Shown piece by piece: positions 1-31,536 of a DNA stretch of 31,536 nucleotides; the stretch's first letter is position 1, and each line of letters begins with the position of its first letter. This DNA is from Macrostomum lignano (taxonomy: Eukaryota): positions 58,581 to 90,116 of the forward strand of contig NIVC01003578.1 of NCBI GenBank assembly GCA_002269645.1, in the 5' to 3' direction. Position numbers and translations under genes: made by a program. The notes beneath the pieces were generated by a model, which worked only from the letters and a program-made list of their open reading frames with translations, had not been told where the DNA came from and did no database searches.

Positions 1-2
1 CG

Positions 3-185
3 GCTGCGGATTCACGCCGGGTCCGCCGAGGGCTCCGGCTCGGCGTGCCGAGGCTCTACGTGAGCCTGCAGGCGCCCCGGCGCAAGCCCCAGGTGCACAG
101 GGAGGCGGCCAGCGGTGGGCTGGAGATTCCGTTGAGGTCGGTTCTGGAGGACCCCGGCATCGATGCTGGAAATTGTGGCGAATGA
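3..185 (+). CDS. possible terminal coding exon fragment of an unidentified gene (window edge)
   Basis: + frame 3 reads RRVRRGLRLGVPRLYVSLQAPRRKPQVHREAASGGLEIPLRSVLEDPGIDAGNCGE* with GC-rich third positions like the confirmed exons. No homology recognised; the minus ORF 12..356 could be its antisense shadow or the real frame. Confidence 0.2.
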   Translation, partial: AADSRRVRRGLRLGVPRLYVSLQAPRRKPQVHREAASGGLEIPLRSVLEDPGIDAGNCGE

Positions 186-316
186 AGACGCAGCGACGGG
201 CAGGAGGTGCGTCAGGAGACACGGCGGTCTGAGCTGGCGGTTCAAGTTGACGCGCTGTTGCGGGCCATCTTTACTTGGGTAGCATTCAAGAACTCCAGCT
301 GATGTGGCCTGGCAGT

Positions 317-639
317 GTGTTAGGGCTGCCTCAACTGCAGTGTTAGGGCTGCTCAACTGCAGTGTTAGGGCTGCCTCAACTGCAGTGTTAGGGCTGCCTC
401 AACTGCAGTGTTAGGGCTGCCTCAACTGCAGTGTTAGGGCTGCCTCAACTGCAGTGTTAGGGCTGCCTCAACTGCAGTGTTAGGGCTGCCTCAACTGCAG
501 TGTTAGGGCTGCCTCAACTGCAGTGTTAGGGCTGCCTCAACTGCAGTGTTAGGGCTGCCTCAACTGCAGTGTTAGGGCTGCCTCAACTGCAGCTGCCTCA
601 ACTGCAGTGTTAGGGCTGCCTCAAGCGCAGTGTTAGGGC
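317..639. repeat. 23-bp minisatellite, ~14 copies (ctcaactgcagtgttagggctgc)
   Basis: Near-perfect direct tandem copies read directly; each unit carries one TTAGGG. Confidence 0.97.
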
Positions 640-1657
640 CGCACGTCTGCGGGCAGCTTTGATTACAGAGACCGTTTTTCTTGTAAATTCCGTTCTGAAC
701 ACGGATGACTTTTTCGTCTAAAAACTGTTTCATGCGACCTATTTATGACCATCCCACATACCGCTAACTGTGTTCCCACTAGCCTCACATTTCGTTGTCA
801 TTTTGATAACCTGCTCGCGTTCCGAACCAGAGGTGTCAGCCCTTGACAGACAGGCGGACAGCTATGGCTATAAATAGACCCAAAGCCGGAAGCCAAGACC
901 TGTCAGGACACAGATATTCGATTAACTCACACTTTTTGATCGCTTGTTTATCGCTTACCGCTATGTTTACCGCCTGTTTATCGCTTTGTTTATCTCTTTT
1001 TCTTAGAAATTGATGCAAAAATGCAGAGCAGTCGATTCTACAAGTCAGGAATCAAAATAATCCAAAGCGAGTTTTAAAAATGCTACCCTGGCAAACAAGC
1101 GGAGCACTGACGAAATTCCTGCAGTCGTTCTTGACACTTTTGGCATATTTTTTCTCAGCCCGAGTTTGACTATGGTAAAAATACTTAACGCTATGAACGA
1201 GGGGTGTTTCAGAAGTAACGAGAATTTCGTCTTGGACTTTGTTCATTTAAGCTGGAGAATGCTGGTTAAAGTTGCAAACTGTTGACTAACCGCCGAGAAC
1301 CTCACTCAAAAGTGCTTTCAAGTGAGACTGAGACTATGCAAGGACCGAAAAGTCCTGCAGACGAAGGCGCTGATTTTTTACAAAACCCGTTTGTTCATTT
1401 TTTCCATCGACAAAAATCCGATTTTTTAATCCCGAGCTTGGACTTTCCTGCAAGATTATCTAAATTAGTTCGTGAATCAGCCTCAGGCGCAACGCATGCT
1501 GTTCCCAAGTTCTAAGGGGGAGAAGTTGGAAATTTAGTGCGAAAAGCTGAAGTGTTCTGTCCCCACTGATGAATTTCGTTGAGTAAAATTGCAAGCGGCG
1601 TCTTTCTTATTTTATTGTCATTGCAATCGTCACGCAAGGCAAAGTGCTGCCATTAGT

Positions 1658-3323
1658 GTGCCTCTGGCTGAATGAGTGTCAGTGCCTCTGGCTGAATGAG
1701 TGTCAGTGACTGGCTGAATGAGTGTCAGTGACTCTGGCTGAATGAGTGTCAGTGCCTCTGGCTGAATGAGTGTCAGTGACTCTCGCTGGCTGAATGAGTG
1801 TCAGTGCCTCTGGCTGAATGAGTGTCAGTGCCTCTGGCTGGCTGAATGAGTGTCAGTGACTCTGGCTGAATGAGTGTCAGTGACTCTCGCTGGCTGAATG
1901 AGTGTCAGTGCCTCTGGCTGAATGAGTGTCAGTGCCTCTGGCTGAATGAGTGTCAGTGACTCTCGCTGGCTGAATGAGTGTCAGCTGTGCCTCTGGCTGA
2001 ATGAGTGTCAGTGCCTCTGGCTGAATGAGTGTCAGTGACTCTCGCTGGCTGAATGAGTGTCAGCTGTGCCTCTGGCTGAATGAGTGTCAGTGCCTCTGGC
2101 TGAATGAGTGTCAGTGACTCTCGCTGGCTGAATGAGTGTCAGTGCCTCTGGCTGAATGAGTGTCAGTGCCTCTGGCTGGCTGAATGAGTGTCAGTGACTC
2201 TCGCTGGCTGAATGAGTGTCAGCTGTGCCTGGCTGAATGAGTGTCAGTGCCTCTGGCTGGCTGAATGAGTGTCAGTGACTCTGGCTGAATGAGTGTCAGT
2301 GACTGGCTGAATGAGTGTCAGTGACTCTCGCTGGCTGAATGAGTGTCAGCTGTGCCTCTGGCTGAATGAGTGTCAGTGACTCTCGCTGGCTGAATGAGTG
2401 TCAGCTGTGCCTCTGGCTGAATGAGTGTCAGTGCCTCTGGCTGAATGAGTGTCAGTGACTCTCGCTGGCTGAATGAGTGTCAGCTGTGCCTCTGGCTGAA
2501 TGAGTGTCAGTGCCTCTGGCTGAATGAGTGTCAGTGACTCTCGCTGGCTGAATGAGTGTCAGCTGTGCCTCTGGCTGAATGAGTGTCAGTGCCTCTGGCT
2601 GAATGAGTGTCAGTGACTCTCGCTGGCTGAATGAGTGTCAGCTGTGCCTCTGGCTGAATGAGTGTCAGTGCCTCTGGCTGAATGAGTGTCAGTGACTCTC
2701 GCTGGCTGAATGAGTGTCAGCTGTGCCTCTGGCTGAATGAGTGTCAGTGCCTCTGGCTGAATGAGTGTCAGTGACTCTGGCTGAATGAGTGTCAGTGCCT
2801 CTGGCTGAATGAGTGTCAGTGACTCTCGCTGGCTGAATGAGTGTCAGCTGTGCCTCTGGCTGAATGAGTGTCAGCTGTGCCTCTGGCTGAATGAGTGTCA
2901 GTGACTCTCGCTGGCTGAATGAGTGTCAGCTGTGCCTCTGGCTGAATGAGTGTCAGTGCCTCTGGCTGAATGAGTGTCAGTGACTCTGGCTGAATGAGTG
3001 TCAGTGCCTCTGGCTGAATGAGTGTCAGTGACTCTCGCTGGCTGAATGAGTGTCAGCTGTGCCTCTGGCTGAATGAGTGTCAGTGCCTCTGGCTGAATGA
3101 GTGTCAGTGCCTCTGGCTGAATGAGTGTCAGTGACTCTCGCTGGCTGAATGAGTGTCAGCTGTGCCTCTGGCTGAATGAGTGTCAGTGCCTCTGGCTGAA
3201 TGAGTGTCAGTGACTCTCGCTGGCTGAATGAGTGTCAGCTGTGCCTCTGGCTGAATGAGTGTCAGTGCCTCTGGCTGAATGAGTGTCAGTGACTCTCGCT
3301 GGCTGAATGAGTGTCAGTGACTC
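1658..3323. repeat. 24/27/28-bp minisatellite (core ctggctgaatgagtgtcag), ~60-65 copies with a 79-bp trimeric higher-order unit
   Basis: Three unit variants (gtgcctctg..., gtgactctcgctg..., gctgtgcctctg...) recur in order; the 79-bp period is seen from 2461 to 2540. Confidence 0.97.
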
Positions 3324-3579
3324 GGTTCGGTAATTTTTCATCCGCAATCAGAAGGTGATCAGGTAAATCTGGATTAGAATACCGGACTGCAGTAAATGGG
3401 AGATGAGCAACGGCTGCAGTGAAATGTATTATCAACAATTTATCAACAGGGATGTGTTTCAATAGATACATAAGCCTCAAGATAAAAGTCCTTTCACGCA
3501 TCTGCCTCTTCTCTGCCCGGCCTCTGTTGCTCTGCCTCTGCGTCTCCACGGCTGCCTCTCTGCAATTGTTGATGAACTT

Positions 3580-3869
3580 TCATTGCTCTGCCTCGTCAGC
3601 ATCTTTGATTTTGTTATTGCCGAGGGCAGGTGGCGTCGCCTTGATGAGCTGCTTGAGCTGGGCGTGGTGCTCCCGGTAGAATCGAACTCCCGGCACCAGG
3701 CGGCTGATGTTGATCCGTTGAATGTGTTCTCTCTCCTTCAGAGAGTACCAGCCCAGGTGCATGAACCAGTGCACAGCCACTGTCCGCTCCGTGAAGTTGT
3801 CCTTCAGGCCGCCGAACTGCAGGTCCCGACAGCCGCGGTCCACCCAGAGCTCCCCGTCGTTTGCTGGTT
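3580..3869 (-). CDS. GT32 glycosyltransferase exon 5 (terminal)
   Basis: gcttcag acceptor, phase 1; ELWVDRGC...AVHWFMHLGW...; TGA at 3582-3580. Confidence 0.8.
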
Positions 3870-6260
3870 CTGAAGCATTTTGTGCGATGACGTGCTGTGG
3901 CCATTGCTGCTCTCGCGAATCTCATTAAATTCCCCGGACTAATTTCCCCTTCTCACGGCCGAATCTCTCATTAAATTCCCCACACTAATTTCCTTTCTCA
4001 CGGCTGAATCTCTCATAAAATTCCCCACACTAATTTCCTTTCTCACGGCTGAATCTCTCATAAAATTCCCCACACTAATTTCTCATTCTAATGGCCGAAT
4101 CTCTCATAAAATTCCCCACACTAATTTCTCATTCTAATGGCCGAATCTCTCATAAAATTCCCCACACTAATTTCTCATTCTAATGGCCGAATCTCTCATA
4201 AAATTCCCCACACTAATTTCTCATTCTAATGGCCGAATCTCTCATTAAATTCCCCACACTAATTTCTCATTCTAATGGCCGAATCTCTCATAAAATTCCC
4301 CACACTAATTTCCCTTCTCACGGCCGAATCTCTCATAAAATTCCCCACACTAATTTCTCATTCTAATGGCCGAATCTCTCATTAATTTCCCCGCACTAAT
4401 TTCCCTTCTCACGGCCGAATCTCTCATAAAATTCCCCACACTAATTTCTCTTCTCACGGTCGAATCTCTCATAAAATTCCCCACACTAATTTCTCATTCT
4501 AATGGCCGAATCTCTCATTAAATTCCCCACACTAATTTCTCATTCTAATGGCCGAATCTCTCATAAAATTCCCCACACTAATTTCCCTTCTCACGGCCGA
4601 ATCTCTCATAAAATTCCCCACACTAATTTCTCTTCTCACGGTCGAATCTCTCATAAAATTCCCCACACTAATTTCTCATTCTAATGGCCGAATCTCTCAT
4701 AAAATTCCCCTCACTAATTTCTCATTCTAATGGCCGAATCTCTCATTAAATTCCCCACACTAATTTCCATTTCTCACGGCCGAATCTCTTCCTGCAGGCG
4801 TCCATGAGGATGTCGGCATTATCCACATGCGGCGAGAAAATGTCCGGGTCCATCAGCCGGACGCTGTCAGCCCAATCCCGCTGGCTCCCCTGCGCCGTCC
4901 ACTCGTCCAGAGCCTTCGTCAGCATCAGCGGGCCGGTGCTGAGCATCACGGCTGGAAGGCCACGCATCAGGTGGAAATTGCAGCTGCTTGCCAGCCACGG
5001 AAGCTTGGGGCTCCCCTGTGGCTGAGTTTCCGGTCTCACCCTGACTCGGGACAGGAGTTCCCCTGTGGCTGAGTTTCCGGTCTCACCCTGACTCGGGACA
5101 GGAGTTCCCCTGTGGCTGAGTTTCCGGTCTCACCCTGCTTAGACTCGGGACAGGAGTTCCCCTGTGGCTGAGTTTCCGGTCTCACCCTGCTTAGACTCGG
5201 GACAGGAGTTCCCCTGTGGCTGAGTTTCCGGTCTCACCCTGCTTAGACTCGGGACAGGAATTCCCATGTGACTGAGTTTCCGGTCTCACCCTGCTTAGAC
5301 TCGGGACAGGAGTTCCCCTGTGACTGAGTTCTGGACTCACCCTGGTTGCTTGGAGACTCGGCCATGCGGCTGACGAGGTCCAGCATAAAGGGGTGGCCGG
5401 GCCGGCAGCCCATGACGGAGTTCATAGCGCTTCTCTCCTTGTTCCAGAAGATGTGGCTCTGAGCCGGGTTCTCCTGGTCCAGGAAGCAGGCCTCCTCGTC
5501 CAGGTCCGGGGAGAACGGCTTCATGCACTCAACGTCCAGGTCTGCATACAAACCTGAAGTTGGACAAGGTTGAGTGACCAGTGTGCAGATAAATTACTGT
5601 GGGTCACCTTTTTATTGCTTGACGACTGAGTTATAAAGCGTTAGGGCACAAAGCTACATCAGGCCCATCTCAATTGCATTGTCTAGCAAGGTTGAAGTGC
5701 AATATTGTAGCGATTTCCGCTAGTTTTGGCACATGCGGAATAGGTTAGTGAATCAGCTACCTCCAAACAGGTACAGGATGATGTAGCGGATCGAGTCGGA
5801 CTTCTTCAGCCGATTGGTGTACTTGGCGTACTGGGTGCGGTAGAAGTCGGGAAAGAACTCCTTGATGAGCAGCTCAGCGTCCTTGTCCCGCCACAGAATG
5901 TAGGTCCAGTTCGGGTTGAGCCGCCGGCAGGACTCGATGGCGAAGGAGTACTCCGCGAAGACCAGCTCAGACTCGCCCACCTGATGCAGAATCCGAGGGA
6001 TCAGCCGAGGTCGCGGCCGGTCTCGGGATACGCTGCACCGGTGTAGCAGAGCCACCTGGTTGGGTTGGAATTGAGGGACAAGCCCTGAAAGAATTCTGTA
6101 GTGATGCTCAACCCGAGTTCCAGGTGCTCAGCTCGGATTTGAGGACTTTTTGATTCGAGTATTTGATTCAGTAGCAATTCAAATTTCAGACCAGCTCACT
6201 CACCGCCATGAGAAGGCAGAGAAGCAGACTCAAGACGCGCCAATTCTTCCTTCTGCTCAT
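3580..6260 (-). CDS. GT32-family (DXD sugar-binding) glycosyltransferase, SUR1/OCH1-like, type II membrane protein; 5 exons, 342 aa
   Basis: join(complement 6204-6260, 5761-6055, 5341-5553, 4778-4951, 3580-3869) = 1029 nt, all GT-AG with matching phases (0,1,1,1). Motifs: N-terminal MSRRKNWRVLSLLLCLLMAVALL anchor, IPRILHQ, WTYILWRD, DSIRYIILYLFGGLYADLD (DXD), NSVMGCRPGHPF, STGPLMLT, AVHWF. Confidence 0.88.
3916..4790. repeat. 46-bp minisatellite, ~19 copies, filling GT32 intron 4; the unit spans the exon 4/donor junction
   Basis: Minus-strand unit gagagattcggcc(gtgagaaggg/attagaatgag)aaattagtgtggggaattttat shares agagattcggcc|gtgaga with the exon 4 end. Confidence 0.95.
4778..4951 (-). CDS. 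GT32 glycosyltransferase exon 4
   Basis: ctgat...ccttccag acceptor is the phase-compatible choice; AVMLSTGPLMLTKAL; C|GTGAGA donor. Confidence 0.8.
5012..5362. repeat. 47/52-bp minisatellite, 7 units, in GT32 intron 3; the unit spans the exon 3/donor junction
   Basis: Units start at 5013, 5060, 5107, 5159, 5211, 5263 and 5315. Minus unit ccgagtctaagcagggtgaga... resembles the exon end ccgagtctccaagcaaccagg|gtgagt. Confidence 0.93.
5341..5553 (-). CDS. GT32 glycosyltransferase exon 3 (DXD motif)
   Basis: acttcag acceptor; GLYADLDVEC...GHPF; G|GTGAGT donor, phase 1. Confidence 0.9.
5761..6055 (-). CDS. GT32 glycosyltransferase exon 2
   Basis: caaccag acceptor; IPRILHQ...DSIRYIILYLFG; G|GTAGCT donor, phase 1. 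Confidence 0.88.
6204..6260 (-). CDS. GT32 glycosyltransferase exon 1 (start codon, membrane anchor)
   Basis: ATG at 6260, MSRRKNWRVLSLLLCLLMA, followed by a GTGAGT donor; phase 0 matches the next acceptor. Confidence 0.75.
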
Positions 6261-6306
6261 TGCTGCTTCAAGTCAAGCAGTTTGAGCTGAACAGCAAGGA
6301 ACGCGC

Positions 6307-6313
6307 TTATATA
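6307..6313 (-). promoter_or_regulatory. candidate TATA box of the GT32 gene
   Basis: TATATAA on the minus strand ~50 nt upstream of the ATG, with an Inr-like TCAGCT at ~6290. Confidence 0.35.
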
Positions 6314-7136
6314 GGCACGGGCTGCTCTGCAGGTAGGCAAACTCAATGTCAAATTAAAGGACATTTAAAACTGAGCAGAGCGAGCTGAGTCAACACTGAG
6401 CGCTCCGCGGCCCGCAGAGGGCGCAGCAGGTTTGCTCAGCCGGTGCAGCGGTTGGTCAGCCACAACTGACGCCAGTACTAATGGAGTCGCAAGCCAACCC
6501 GGAGGCTCTTAATCTGCTCAGTGAATCCTGTGCTGCAGCTGGTCCTGCAGAGCCAGAAAGCAGTCTCGCGTTCATTACAAATTTGACTTTCTTTAAACCA
6601 GCCCAAATTATTCACTTATTCGAAGTGTTCATCATTTCACTGCACTAGTGCTATTTGCATTTGAAGGGTGCGAGTGATGGTGAGTCTGCAAAATTTCATT
6701 TTTCACACATTCACGCATCAGGCAATGCATTGCTTGCTAAAAGTACACGTAGAACTTTGCGATTGCGATTCACAGTGATCCACCCGCAACTCAAGAGCTA
6801 TAATACCTGCTCACTGCATGCGCACTTCCCCCGTTAAGCAGCACTTAGACAGTGGCGTGCTATAAGTATCGCAAAGTCTCTGGAAAACAGTTATGGTATT
6901 ATGGTATTATGGACGAAGTAGCAGCAGCATTTAATTTTGGTCCAACAATTGCATCAATTTGGTCGAAATTAAAAATCTTAATCTCTCAACCAAAGCGCGG
7001 CTGTCTGTGGCCAAAGCTCTCTCAACCTGTTCGAGTCCATTGGCACAAGGCCAGACAAAACAAAGTAAGTAGAAGATAATGCATGGCTTTTAGGGCTGTA
7101 TTATCCTAAATAACGGAGTAATTTAAGATATTTATA

Positions 7137-7738
7137 GTAACGGAGCTTTTGTCTATGGTAGCAACGCTGGCACAGCGGCAGTTATTTGGTCCAGACGCTC
7201 GTGAGCCATTCGGCAAATTGTTCTCGCAACCGTCTGCAGGTTGTTGCGTACCGCTGGAATTTCAGCGTCTTTACCAACAATTTTCAGTCGCCTTTCCAGA
7301 GCTCTGCTGATAGTCTAAATCTGATAACTAACTGGAACTATTGCTTCAACTTCTGCTGCATTTCTGCAATATCAACAAAGGGTTCGTTTCAACTGCATCG
7401 AGTAGCAGTTGGACCTGAGGCTCTTGAGCAACTTGCCTTGGCGATTGCCTCCCTTCCTCACGCAATCTCTGCCGGCGGAGTTTCAACGCGCTGATGGATG
7501 CTGTAAACCATCTTTTCTTTTACATTCAGCAACCTTGCAATGTCATTTGGGTGTTCACCTCTGTCGAGCGTTTCGATCACAAGCCAATGGCATTCGTTTG
7601 ACAGCCCAGCACATGGTCCACAATTCTGGGGCTGAGCTTGCTCCGTAGCAGTTGCAAATGAAGCTATATGGACCAAATTGATGCTTGTTAGACCAAATAA
7701 AATGCAAGCCTTGCTACCATGGACAAAAGCTCTGTTAC
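7137..7738 (-). mobile_element. degenerate, internally deleted Tc1/mariner/IS630-like DNA transposon
   Basis: 36-bp inverted repeats at 7137-7172 and 7703-7738 (32/36 identical). Broken minus-strand reading VIETLDRGEHPNDIARLLNVKEKMVYSIHQR / QLLLDAVETNP / DIAEMQQKLKQ / TISRALERRL...PAVRNNLQT resembles the N-terminal HTH region of IS630/Tc1 transposases. No DDE domain and no clean TSD found. Confidence 0.55.
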
Positions 7739-7880
7739 ATAGGCAATCTTGAATATCTTGGATTAAATTTAATGCGAGTAAGCCCGAATGGTCTGCAAAA
7801 AGCTATACCATTAATCACACATTAATATCGCATAGCAATTATGACAGCTATCACAGATTGGTTAATCGGTGCTCAGAAGA

Positions 7881-7886
7881 TTTATT
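7881..7886 (-). terminator. candidate polyadenylation signal (AATAAA) for KAP3
   Basis: First AATAAA I found on the minus strand downstream of the KAP3 stop (~390 nt after 8273). Confidence 0.35.
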
Positions 7887-8272
7887 TTTTACGAGTAAAA
7901 CAATAAGCAAACAGACTTGGTGTTGTTCATGCGATAAGGCCTATACTAAAGTACAGATTGGCAGACTGCCAATATGATTTCATAGCAATCATAAAACATA
8001 GACGAAGAGAAGAAAAAGCTGAAGAACAAGGTCGTTCCGCTGAACACCGCCCATGATGGGCCTGCAGCCAAGCAAAATTGCTAAAAGCATTCAAAGAAGA
8101 TTTCACAGATTTCACACTTTGCGTGGCAAACCTGCCCCAGAATGGTTTCTGTTAAGTGATCACTAAAACTCTCAGGTAAAAAGCGCTGCTGATCAGCGGA
8201 AAGCTACAAGCAGCCAGTCATGTACAGAGGAATTCACGCGCAGAGGACGGACGGAGAAGCTGCGGCAGCAGC

Positions 8273-31536
<23,264 letters not shown>

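Noticed and set aside
836-1515. Short ORFs 836-1018, 1052-1246 and 1282-1515 as genes
   Set aside because: They are AT-rich with no recognisable homology, and I could not build a consistent splice model.
4952-5015. Longer exon 4 starting at the cacag acceptor (5016)
   Set aside because: That acceptor is phase 0 while the exon 3 donor is phase 1; the ttccag site at 4952 keeps the frame and gives family-like HPF-to-TGP spacing.
3870-5340. Intron gain by tandem duplication of an exonic AG|GT segment (Rogers-type model)
   Set aside because: That model needs the last repeat to supply the acceptor. Here 45-75 nt of unique intron with its own branch/acceptor follows each array, so the introns predate the amplification.
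8001-8084. + strand polybasic peptide DEEKKKLKNKVVPLNTAHDGPAAKQNC* resembling a prenylated C-terminus
   Set aside because: It is only 27 codons, no upstream + strand exons were found, and it lies antisense within the likely KAP3 3' UTR. RNA-seq could revive it.

Overview
This is eukaryotic (metazoan) genomic DNA, not prokaryotic: it has spliced genes with GT-AG introns and GC-rich third codon positions, and roughly 64% of the window is tandem repeat. The style resembles the minisatellite-rich flatworm Macrostomum, but that is inference only. Two spliced genes were reconstructed by hand on the minus strand. (1) The 3' part of KIFAP3/KAP3 (kinesin-associated protein 3), exons 31503-31536(partial), 30517-30685, 25552-25652, 25005-25439, 24340-24874 and 8273-8450, with one 1-bp frameshift near 24572 that is probably an assembly error. 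(2) A complete 5-exon, 342-aa type II membrane GT32/DXD glycosyltransferase (6260 to 3580). A young 4284-bp Ty3/Gypsy (Mag-like) LTR retrotransposon with 213-bp LTRs (212/213 identical) and an ATCAG target-site duplication lies in a KAP3 intron, and a decayed Tc1/mariner/IS630-like element lies between the genes. There are seven tandem arrays (units of about 20, 23, 24-28, 38, 46, 46 and 47-52 bp), including a ~15.75-kb 20-mer array that makes up almost all of the last KAP3 intron. The most unusual pattern is that three independent intronic arrays are amplified copies of the exon-end/5' splice-site junction itself, so they form runs of decoy donors. Every large intron collapses to roughly 100-200 nt once arrays and the retroelement are removed.
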